A program made the translations under genes and the position numbers. Shown in pieces: positions 37,638-45,906 of a DNA stretch of 64,000 bases; the stretch's first letter is position 1; each line of letters starts with the position of its first letter. This DNA is from an uncultured Acidobacteriota bacterium (lineage in GTDB: Bacteria; Acidobacteriota; Vicinamibacteria; Fen-336): the NCBI GenBank assembly GCA_963720545.1, contig OY970399.1, forward strand, positions 1,792,001 through 1,856,000, given 5' to 3'. A model generated the notes under the pieces. That model worked only from the letters and a program-made list of their open reading frames with translations. It was not told the DNA's origin and searched no databases.

Positions 37638-40190
37638 CTACTTCCGGAAGATTCGCGCGTAGCCGCCGGCGACCAGCGCAGAGACGTCCGCCATGATGCG
37701 CGGCAGCCGGAACCCGCCCGGATAGGCGAGGTAGTGCGGCTGCCACTCCGGAAAAAACTTCTCTTTGTAGGCGCGCAACCCCTGGAAGTTGTAGACGGCC
37801 TCGCCGTGCTCGTAGAGAAAGGCGCCGAGCCGTGTCCACAACGACGCGACCGGCGAGCTCTCGAAGCCGGAGAGCGGCGCCATGCCCATGGCGAAGCGGC
37901 GATAGCCGTGTTCCTGTCCCCACTTCATCAAGTGGACGAACAGGCCCTCCATCACCGTGTTCGGCGCGTCGCGGTTGTGGCGCATCAGGTCGATCGACAG
38001 CTCCTGGCCGTCGGGGCCCGGCCAGATGTTCGCAAACGCGACGATGCGCGCGTCGCGCTCGATCACCGCCACCGGAAAGCGGCGCACGTACTCCTCGTCG
38101 AAGAAGCCGAGCGAGAAGCCCTTCTCGGCGCTCGCCTTCTCTTTAAGCCAGTCGTCGGAGATGACGCGCAGGCGCGCCATCGCGTCCGCTACCTCGCCCG
38201 GCTCGAGCACCCGGAACGAGCAACCCTCCTTCTCCAGCCGGCGCAGCGCCTGGCGATGCTTCGCCGCCTGGCTGCCGTCGAGTGTGAACGCGGCGAGATC
38301 CACCTTCGCTTCCTCGCCGAGCTTCACGAACGTGAGGCCGAAGTCGGCGTAGAGGTGCAGCAGCGACTTCCCCACCTCGTAGAACACCGGCACGCCGCCG
38401 TAGTCGTCGCAACGCTCGAGGAAGCGCCGGATCAGGTTCGCGGCTTCCGTCTCCGGCCCGACAGGGTCGCCCAGCGCGACCCAGGTGCGCCCCTGCACCG
38501 CGTACATCACGAAGGCGCTGCGCTCCTCGTTGAAGAAGAGTGCCTTGTCGCGCAGGTAGACGAGGTACGGAAAGGTCGCGCCCTGGGCCGCGATGACGCG
38601 CGCGGCGTCGGCCAGGTCGGCGTCCCCGGGCAGGGGCGCTTCGTGCGGTGCGTAGCGCACCAGCCGCGCCAGGCCGAAGACGGCCACCGTCACCGCGGCG
38701 CCGACCGAGGCGCGCAGGAAGCGCGAGGCCTCGCCGCGCAGCTCGAACTGCCACCACAGCTCGTGCGAATACTCGACGTGCTTGAAGGCGAAGAGCCCGA
38801 GCCAGATCGAGGCGCCGATGGCGCCGACCAGCGCCGCGGTCCAGCTTGCCGAGAAGCGGGTATCGAAGAACGCGGCGCGCCGGTCGAACGCGTGACGGGC
38901 GCGGGTCAGGATCAGCAGCACGATTGCGACCAGGAGCGCTTCCTCGTAGTCGAAGCCTTTCAGGAGCGTCGTCACCATGCCGGCGACCATGACCGCGGCC
39001 GTCAGGTAGTAGGCGGCGTCGAGGCGCCGCGCGACCCCCTGGGACAACACCAGCAAGGCAGCGCCCGCCACGCTCGAGAGGAAATGCGAAGCCTCGATGA
39101 TGCCGATCGGCAGGAAAGAGTCGAGCCACGCCAGCCGGCCCGCGGCGGCGGGGGTCGCACTCGAGAAGAGCAGCACGCAACCGGCGGAGAACACGCACGC
39201 GGCCAGCACCCTTGGCGTGAGCAGTTCCGTCAGCCGTCCGGCCACGGCGCCCGCCCGCGCCACGCTGCGCCGGCGTTGCCACGCCTCGTCGGCCACCAGG
39301 CCGAGGGCGGCGAGCGACAACGGCGCGAGGTAGTAGACGGCCCGGTACACGACGAGCGCCGGCAGCAATGCGCCGGACGTGACATACGGCCTCAGCAGCA
39401 GCACCATCAGCCCTTCGAACACGCCGACGCCGCCCGGCACATGGCTCAGCATGCCGAGGAGCGCAGCCGCCAAGAAGGCGCCGAGGAACCGCAGGTATCC
39501 CGGCTCGCCGGGCGGCAGCAGCACGTACAAGACGCCTCCCGCGAGCGACCAGTCGAGGGCCGAGAGCAGGACCTGCGCTGCCGCGATGCGCACGCCGGGC
39601 AGGGGCAGAGAGAAGCCACCGAACTGCAGCGGCGCGCGCCGCAGCGACGCGAGTGCCACGTACAAGGCCGGCACCAGCATGAATGCGAAGCCGGTGCCGG
39701 CCAGGAGCTCGCCGCCGGGAATCTCATGAAGCGCCTCGGGCGGCCGGGCGGCGAGGCTGAGCCCGCCGAGCAACAGCAGGCCGAGCCAGAACGTCACCGA
39801 ATAGCAAATGATGATGCGCGACAGCTCCTCGAGGGTGACGCCCCAGCGCTTGTAGAAGCGGTAGCGCATGGTCGTCCCGGAGACGAGCGCGAAGCCGACG
39901 TTGTGCGAAACCGCGTAGGCGACGAACGATGCGAACGCCACGCGCGCCCGTGCGATGGGCTTGCCGATGTAGGCGAACGCCAGCAGGTCGTAGCCGGTGA
40001 GCACGAAGTAGTTGGCCGCGGTGAGGATGGCGGCGAGCGCCAGGCGCTGCCACGGCGTTGCCAGCACGTCGCGCACCAGGTCGTGCCAGGAAACCGCGCG
40101 CAGCTCTGTGCGCAGAACGAAAAGGCCCGCTGCGAACAGCGCGAGCCCGAGCAGGACGGGCAGCGCCCGCCGCAGCTTCACGAAACCCAC
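37638..40190 (-). CDS. mprF: bifunctional aminoacyl-phosphatidylglycerol flippase/synthase
   Basis: N-terminal multi-TM flippase (SHVPGGVGVFE); KLGEEA, EKGFSLG, SIDLMR, GMAPLSG, YNFQGLRAYKEKF. Confidence 0.95.
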   Translation of the reverse strand: MGFVKLRRALPVLLGLALFAAGLFVLRTELRAVSWHDLVRDVLATPWQRLALAAILTAANYFVLTGYDLLAFAYIGKPIARARVAFASFVAYAVSHNVGFALVSGTTMRYRFYKRWGVTLEELSRIIICYSVTFWLGLLLLGGLSLAARPPEALHEIPGGELLAGTGFAFMLVPALYVALASLRRAPLQFGGFSLPLPGVRIAAAQVLLSALDWSLAGGVLYVLLPPGEPGYLRFLGAFLAAALLGMLSHVPGGVGVFEGLMVLLLRPYVTSGALLPALVVYRAVYYLAPLSLAALGLVADEAWQRRRSVARAGAVAGRLTELLTPRVLAACVFSAGCVLLFSSATPAAAGRLAWLDSFLPIGIIEASHFLSSVAGAALLVLSQGVARRLDAAYYLTAAVMVAGMVTTLLKGFDYEEALLVAIVLLILTRARHAFDRRAAFFDTRFSASWTAALVGAIGASIWLGLFAFKHVEYSHELWWQFELRGEASRFLRASVGAAVTVAVFGLARLVRYAPHEAPLPGDADLADAARVIAAQGATFPYLVYLRDKALFFNEERSAFVMYAVQGRTWVALGDPVGPETEAANLIRRFLERCDDYGGVPVFYEVGKSLLHLYADFGLTFVKLGEEAKVDLAAFTLDGSQAAKHRQALRRLEKEGCSFRVLEPGEVADAMARLRVISDDWLKEKASAEKGFSLGFFDEEYVRRFPVAVIERDARIVAFANIWPGPDGQELSIDLMRHNRDAPNTVMEGLFVHLMKWGQEHGYRRFAMGMAPLSGFESSPVASLWTRLGAFLYEHGEAVYNFQGLRAYKEKFFPEWQPHYLAYPGGFRLPRIMADVSALVAGGYARIFRK

Positions 40191-40194
40191 CGCC

Positions 40195-40968
40195 TCAGGG
40201 CGAGACGTTGCTCGTCACCCAATCGATCGCCTCGAGCAGCCGTTTGTCGAACTCGTCGAGGTTGCCGCTGAAGCGGTGGTCCTCGGCGGCGACGATCCAG
40301 AGCTTCTTCGGCTCCCTGGCGGCATCGAACATCTTTTGCACCACCGGCACCGGGATGAATTCGTCGTTGCTCGAGTGAATCGCCGCGATCGGCGCCGGAC
40401 TCACCCCGGCGATCAACGCGGCCGCGCTGAAGGTGGGCTCGTTCGGCACACCGTGCGTCAGGTAGATCACGCTGTCGCGCCAGCGCCAACCGAGCTCGTT
40501 GATGTCGGGCAGCCCCAGGGCGATGACGCCGGCGATCGAGCGGCGCGTGCCGGCGTCGGTCGCCGCCATCACCGCGAGCCCCGCTCCCTCGGATATGCCG
40601 ATCAGGATGGGGCGCTCGCCGGTTGCGGAAGCCGCGTAGTCGGCAAGCACCTTGAAGTCGCCGGGTTCGTCTTCGGGCCGGAGCGTTTCCTTGTCTCTCG
40701 TGAAGCTCTCGAGGTAGGCCCTGGCGTCGAGTCCCACCACGAAGTAGCCCTTGCCCGCCAGGAATTCCGCGGCGTGCGGCGCGAGGTGCATCCATCCGCC
40801 GTCGCCGCTCGCGAGCACCAGAGGCCGGGCGCTTGCGGACCCGTAGAGGTGCAGAACCTGCGGCCGGCCGCGCAGCATGAGGGTGGCCGGCGTCGACGTC
40901 GGTGACGCCGAGCCGGTCGCAGCAGCGAGCAATGCGGCAGCCACGAGGCGCAAGGATGAAGACAGCAT
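40195..40968 (-). CDS. AcvB/VirJ family aminoacyl-PG hydrolase
   Basis: Signal peptide; SGDGGW, LIGISEGA, DHRF; directly upstream of mprF. Start 40968 or 41031. Confidence 0.82.
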   Translation of the reverse strand: MLSSSLRLVAAALLAAATGSASPTSTPATLMLRGRPQVLHLYGSASARPLVLASGDGGWMHLAPHAAEFLAGKGYFVVGLDARAYLESFTRDKETLRPEDEPGDFKVLADYAASATGERPILIGISEGAGLAVMAATDAGTRRSIAGVIALGLPDINELGWRWRDSVIYLTHGVPNEPTFSAAALIAGVSPAPIAAIHSSNDEFIPVPVVQKMFDAAREPKKLWIVAAEDHRFSGNLDEFDKRLLEAIDWVTSNVSP

Positions 40969-41042
40969 CCGTCCGAGCAGTGTAGCGGCCCCCGTCGATT
41001 TGAGGAAAATGAGTAACATCGGGTGCTTCAAGGAGGCGACAC

Positions 41043-41315
41043 GTGCCGCGGTACATCGTCGAGCGCAACTTCAAGGACGGGCTCAACATTCCGGTCAACG
41101 ACCAGGGGGCGCAGGTGTGCCAGGTGGTCGTCGGCAAGAACCTGGAATCGGGCGTGACCTGGATCCACTCGTACGTCAGCGACGACCGGACCAAGACCTT
41201 CTGCGTTTACGACGCCCCGAACCCGGAGGCCATCAAGCGCACGGCCGAGCAGAACAACCTGCCGGCCGACAAGATCACGCAGGTGAGCGTGCTCGACCCG
41301 TACTTCTACAGGTAG
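41043..41315 (+). CDS. DUF4242 domain protein
   Basis: PRYIVER, VTWIHSYVS..RTKTFCVYDAP..EAI, LPADKIT; AAGGAGG RBS. Confidence 0.88.
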   Translation: MPRYIVERNFKDGLNIPVNDQGAQVCQVVVGKNLESGVTWIHSYVSDDRTKTFCVYDAPNPEAIKRTAEQNNLPADKITQVSVLDPYFYR

Positions 41316-41321
41316 GGCGGC

Positions 41322-42599
41322 CTAGCGCATCACGCGGCGCGCGGCGGGCACGGCCGCCGGCGCCGCGATGGTGTTGAGGAACGCCGTGTTGTTCGGCGTC
41401 TTCGCGATCTTGTCGATCAGGAACTGCGCGGCGTCCACTGTCGACAGCTCGGCGAGCGCGCGGCGCAGCAGGTGGCGCTGCTTCAGCTCGTCGGGCGTGC
41501 ACAGCAGCTCCTCGCGGCGCGTGCCCGACTTCAGCACGTCCACCGCGGGGAAGATGCGCCGCTCCGAGATGGCGCGGTCGAGGATCAGCTCCATGTTCCC
41601 GGTGCCCTTGAACTCCTGGAAAATCACTTCGTCCATGCGGCTGCCGGTGTCGATGAGCGCGGTCGCCAGGATGGTGAGGCTGCCGCCGCCTTCGCAGTTG
41701 CGGGCCGCGCCGAAGAACTGGCGCGGGAACAGCAGCGCGCGGTTGTCGACGCCGCCGCTCATGGTGCGGCCGCCAGGCCCGATCTCGCGGTTCGAAGCGC
41801 GGCCCAGGCGCGTCAGGCTGTCGAGCAGGATGACGACGTGGCGCCCCGCTTCGACCAGCCGCTTGGCGCGCTCGATCGCGAGCTTGGAAAGCCGCATGTG
41901 CGCGTCGGCGGCCGAGTCGGCCGACGAGGCGAGCACTTCGGCGCCCTGCACGGCGCGGCGGAAGTGCGTCACTTCCTCGGGCCGCTCGTCGACCAGCAGC
42001 ATGATGAGGTGCACTTCGGGATGGTGCTTGACGATCGCCTTGCCCAGGTGCTCGAGCAGGGTGGTCTTGCCGGCCTTCGGCGGCGAGACGATCAGGCCGC
42101 GCTGGCCGCGGCCAATGGGGGCGATGAGGTCGATGACGCGCAGCGACGCCTCGGCTCCGGTGTCGGGCGCCAGCTTGAACGGCTCGCTCGGGTTGATCGA
42201 AACGAGATCGGCAAAGTGCGGGAGTTGCTTGTACTCCTCGGGCGTCAACCCGCTCATCTTCTGGATCTCTACTAATACGCGGCGTCCGCCGCCATCACGA
42301 GCCAGGCCTTCGATCTCCGTTCCGTCGCGGAGCGCCTGATCCCGGGCAACCTGCGCGGGAATCACGACGTCGTCGCGGTGCGGTAGGTAGTTCTGTTCGG
42401 CCAGCCTTACGTAGCCCCCACCGCTCTCGGTCACTTCTGCGACGCCCTTGACTTCCGTCGTGGGGCCCGAGGTCGGGATCTGGATCTGACGGGGCTCTCT
42501 CGGCCCTTTGGCTCCCTGGAACTGAGGGTTGTACCCGTTGGGCCGATCGTTTCGGTGATGTTGGCGATGGCGCCGCGAGTGCCGCGAACCGTGTCTCAC
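41322..42599 (-). CDS. rho: transcription termination factor Rho (divergent N-terminus, possible paralog)
   Basis: PIGRGQRGLIVSPPKAGKT, DERPEEVT, FFGAARN, GGSLTILATALIDTGSRMDEVIFQEFKGTGNMEL. Confidence 0.93.
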   Translation of the reverse strand: MRHGSRHSRRHRQHHRNDRPNGYNPQFQGAKGPREPRQIQIPTSGPTTEVKGVAEVTESGGGYVRLAEQNYLPHRDDVVIPAQVARDQALRDGTEIEGLARDGGGRRVLVEIQKMSGLTPEEYKQLPHFADLVSINPSEPFKLAPDTGAEASLRVIDLIAPIGRGQRGLIVSPPKAGKTTLLEHLGKAIVKHHPEVHLIMLLVDERPEEVTHFRRAVQGAEVLASSADSAADAHMRLSKLAIERAKRLVEAGRHVVILLDSLTRLGRASNREIGPGGRTMSGGVDNRALLFPRQFFGAARNCEGGGSLTILATALIDTGSRMDEVIFQEFKGTGNMELILDRAISERRIFPAVDVLKSGTRREELLCTPDELKQRHLLRRALAELSTVDAAQFLIDKIAKTPNNTAFLNTIAAPAAVPAARRVMR

Positions 42600-42694
42600 T
42601 TAAGAGACCCGTTCGCGCAAACGCGCAACGGTCATCGTCTGCCTCCGAACGGCAATATAACAGTGTCCGTGACCCGACTGTCAAGTAGGCAGGT

Positions 42695-43429
42695 TCAGGG
42701 CGCCTCGCCGGGAAGGAGCGGCGTGAGCGTCACGAGGTACCGCGAACTGGTGTCGCAGACCTGCGCCGCGACGGCACCGTGGGGCCAGTCTTTAGCCAGG
42801 TTCGCGGGCACCGCGACGGGGTTGGCGAGTGCCGGCATCAGCATTGGCGCAAGCCCCCCGGGCGCGCGGCACCCTCCGGGCAGCGTGCCGCGCATGGCGC
42901 GCATGCGGTAGGACGCCGGCGCGTAGGGGCGCAGGCACGGCACGTCGAATTCGGCGAGGCGCTGCGCCAGGTCGCCGAGCGGCTTGAGGCCGAAGGGCGC
43001 GCTCGCAGGATCGCCGACGAGCTCGAGGCGCAGCGCCGGCAGGCCGCGGCCGGCGTCTGCCGCGAAGCGCAGCACCGAACGTTCCCACGAGCCCCCGAAG
43101 CTCCAGACCGTCGGTCCGTCGAGCCAAGGCTGGCCGGGGTCCTTGCGCTTTTTCTTGCGCGGCTTGCGCACCGCGTCGACCTCGGCGAGGAACGCGGCCA
43201 ATTCGCCCGCCTCGAGCCGGCAGGTCTCGATTTCGCTGGTGCCGCCAACGAACACCTGGCCGTCGCCCAGCATCACGAAGCGTTCGGGCGCCGCCTCGGC
43301 AACCTGGCCGGTATGCGCCACGAGCGGCACGGTCAGGACGATGGTTGCGTTGGGCACGTCCGCGGCGGTTGCGGCCACGGTTACCGCCAGAATCACGGCT
43401 GCGGGCACGAATTTGCGAAAAGAAGTCAC
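42695..43429 (-). CDS. exported hypothetical protein
   Basis: GTG start 7 nt after TAGACT; signal peptide VTSFRKFVPAAVILAVTVAATAA; four Cys. Confidence 0.6.
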   Translation of the reverse strand: MTSFRKFVPAAVILAVTVAATAADVPNATIVLTVPLVAHTGQVAEAAPERFVMLGDGQVFVGGTSEIETCRLEAGELAAFLAEVDAVRKPRKKKRKDPGQPWLDGPTVWSFGGSWERSVLRFAADAGRGLPALRLELVGDPASAPFGLKPLGDLAQRLAEFDVPCLRPYAPASYRMRAMRGTLPGGCRAPGGLAPMLMPALANPVAVPANLAKDWPHGAVAAQVCDTSSRYLVTLTPLLPGEAP

Positions 43430-43525
43430 CGCCCGGAGTCTATAACGCAGGTTTCTGGGTCCCGCGAGAGCGCGGTGTATCATCGAAACCGACTTCATAC
43501 ATCCACTTCTTCCGAGGAGGAATTC

Positions 43526-43906
43526 ATGCGTCGTATTCAAGGTTTCGTGGCACCGTTGCTGGTCGCGCTGCTGCTTTGCCCTGGTTCGGCATTCGCCCAG
43601 TCGGTCGTCACACCGCAGGATCTCGACAAGGCCGTGAGCGCGCAGCTCGGCTCCGATGCCGAAGCGCGCCAGGCGATCCAGAACCTGCTGGCTCGCGAGG
43701 ATGTCCGCGCCTACGCGCAAGGCTACGGCCTTGACGTGTCGCGCGCATCCGCCGCGGTTGCCACCCTGCAGGGCAACGATCTGCACGCGCTGGCGCAGCA
43801 GGCGAACGCCGTTGACGCCGGCCTGTCCGGCGGCGATCCGGTGATCCGCATCAGCCTGATCGCAGCGCTCCTCATCATCATCATCGTCATCCTCATCGTC
43901 AACTAA
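43526..43906 (+). CDS. PA2779-like exported precursor with double-glycine site and hydrophobic C-terminal core
   Basis: GAGGAGG RBS; signal peptide ending SAFA; helical middle; AGLSGG then DPVIRISLIAALLIIIIVILIVN. Confidence 0.8.
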   Translation: MRRIQGFVAPLLVALLLCPGSAFAQSVVTPQDLDKAVSAQLGSDAEARQAIQNLLAREDVRAYAQGYGLDVSRASAAVATLQGNDLHALAQQANAVDAGLSGGDPVIRISLIAALLIIIIVILIVN

Positions 43907-43926
43907 GGCGCGCTCCGCAAGGCAGC

Positions 43927-45906
43927 GTGCAGTTCCTGGGCGTCCTGCTGGCAGCGAGCCTGTCGGCGGGCGCCCGGGACGTTCCTTACGTCCCGCAGAC
44001 GGGCGCACTCTGCGGCGGCGCCGCCGCGGCGATGATCGTGCGCTACTGGGGCGGCCCCGCCCTGCGGCCTGAAGATTTCGCGGCGCAGCTCAACCCGCAG
44101 AAGACCGGGATCCGCGCCCGCGACCTCGCCGCGGCCATCGCCGCCCGCGGCTTCGCGACCGAGGTCGTCAGCGGCGACCAGACCGCGGCACAGGAGTGGC
44201 TCGCGGCGGGACGCCCGTTCATCGCGCTCGTCAAGCTCGACCGCACGGGCCCGACCTTTCACTATGTCGTGGTGCTCGACTGGTCGCACGGCGAGGTGAT
44301 CGTCCACGATCCGGCGCTGCGTCCGTCGCGCGTGATCTCACAGGACGTGTTCCTCACCGCGTGGAATGCGACCGAGCGGCTGACGATCACGGCGGCGCCG
44401 GATGCGGCGGAGACGGCGGCGCTCGCGCCATCTACGGCACCGGCACCGGTGAACGCAGAGACGCCACGTACCGCAACGCCCTGCGCGCCGCTGGTGGCCC
44501 GCGCCGGGGAACTGGCGCGCGCCGACGACCTGGACAGCGCCGCCGCCGAGCTCGACGCGGCCATCGCGCGCTGCCCCGCCGACCCGGCGCCGCGCCGCGA
44601 GCGTGCCGGGGTGTACTTCCGCGTCAAGGAGTGGCAGCTCGCCGCGCGGTTCGCGCGCGCGGCGGTGGCTCTCGACCCGCAGGACCAGGCAGCCATTCGC
44701 CTTGCCGCCACCAGCCTTTATCTCAACGGCCAACAGGAGCTCGCGCTGCGCTACTGGAACCAGCTCCGCCCCGGCGAGCCGCGCCTCGATCTCGTGAACG
44801 TCAGCGGGCTGTCGCGGCTCGCCTACCGCTCGGTCGAGGATGGCCTCGGGCTCGAGACGGGTGAGCTCCTCACCGAGCGCGGCTACCGGCGCGCGGCGCG
44901 GCGCATCGCCGACCTGCCGGGAGTGCTGACCGCGAGCCTGCGCTACGAGCCGCACGCCGGAGTCGCCCAGGTCGAAGCCTCGGTGGTGGAACGGCCGGTG
45001 CTGCAGCCGCTGCGCTGGCTGGCCGTCGACACCGCGCTCGACGCATTGGTGCGGCGCGAGGTGGGCGTGACGGTCGCGAACCTGACGGCGTCCGGCGAGC
45101 GTTTCGACGCGCGCTATCGTTTCGAGGACCAGCGGCCCGCCGTGTTCCTCAACGGACGGGCGCCCACGCGTCTCGGCACCGCCGGCGTGTCCGGGTTGTG
45201 GGACGAGCAGTCGTACGCGGTGGCTGACGGCTTCGTGCGCGAACGCCGCAAGGGCGCCGCCGTCTCGCTCCGCTCCTGGCTCGACTCCGACCTGCGCGCG
45301 ACGCTCCTGCTCGGCGCCGACCGCTGGAACGAGAGTGACAGCACGGTGCTCGCCGCCGCAACGCTCGAACGCCGCTTTGCCGCCGACCGCTTCGCCGCGC
45401 TCGCCCGCCTCGAGAGCTACCTGGGCACTTCCGGCGGACCGTCGTTCCACCGCACCTCGCTCGAGTTCCGCGCGCGCACCTCGCGGCGCCCGCACAACTG
45501 GAACGCGTCGGCGAGCGCCGCCTTCGATGCCGCGAGTGGCGACGCGCCGCGGGCGCTGTGGCCGGGTGCCGGCACCGGCCGCGGCCGCGAGCGTTTGCTT
45601 CGCGCCCATCCGCTGCTGCGCGACGGGCTCATCGCCGGCCCCGCATTCGGCCGTCGCCTGGTGCACGGCACCATCGAGGCCGAGCACACCATCGGGCGCG
45701 CCGGACCGGTGGTGCTGGGTGCCGCGGTCTTCGCCGACCTGGCGCGGGTGCGCAGCGACTCGGGCACCGCGTCGTTCGTCGACTGGGGCGCCGGCGCGCG
45801 CATCCGCTTCCCGGCGACGCGTTCGGCGTTTCGCGTCGACCTGGCCACCGCGGGCACGTCGGGACGGTTCGTGGTCTCGGCCGGCTGGGTCGAGACCTGG
45901 CGCTAG
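43927..45906 (+). CDS. C39-family cysteine peptidase-TPR-POTRA-Omp85 beta-barrel fusion
   Basis: VPYVPQ..ALCG (Q24, C29), FHYVVV (H112), HDP (D128); TPR helices; POTRA-like segment; barrel motifs NLTASGE, LLRAH, VFADLA, WGAGARI, FRVDLA, SAGW. Confidence 0.8.
   Translation: MQFLGVLLAASLSAGARDVPYVPQTGALCGGAAAAMIVRYWGGPALRPEDFAAQLNPQKTGIRARDLAAAIAARGFATEVVSGDQTAAQEWLAAGRPFIALVKLDRTGPTFHYVVVLDWSHGEVIVHDPALRPSRVISQDVFLTAWNATERLTITAAPDAAETAALAPSTAPAPVNAETPRTATPCAPLVARAGELARADDLDSAAAELDAAIARCPADPAPRRERAGVYFRVKEWQLAARFARAAVALDPQDQAAIRLAATSLYLNGQQELALRYWNQLRPGEPRLDLVNVSGLSRLAYRSVEDGLGLETGELLTERGYRRAARRIADLPGVLTASLRYEPHAGVAQVEASVVERPVLQPLRWLAVDTALDALVRREVGVTVANLTASGERFDARYRFEDQRPAVFLNGRAPTRLGTAGVSGLWDEQSYAVADGFVRERRKGAAVSLRSWLDSDLRATLLLGADRWNESDSTVLAAATLERRFAADRFAALARLESYLGTSGGPSFHRTSLEFRARTSRRPHNWNASASAAFDAASGDAPRALWPGAGTGRGRERLLRAHPLLRDGLIAGPAFGRRLVHGTIEAEHTIGRAGPVVLGAAVFADLARVRSDSGTASFVDWGAGARIRFPATRSAFRVDLATAGTSGRFVVSAGWVETWR

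Noticed and set aside
43526..45906. Classical bacteriocin/RiPP cluster with peptidase-containing ABC transporter
   Set aside because: The C39 domain has no ABC or TM exporter part, no modifying enzymes are adjacent, and the precursor has a Sec signal.
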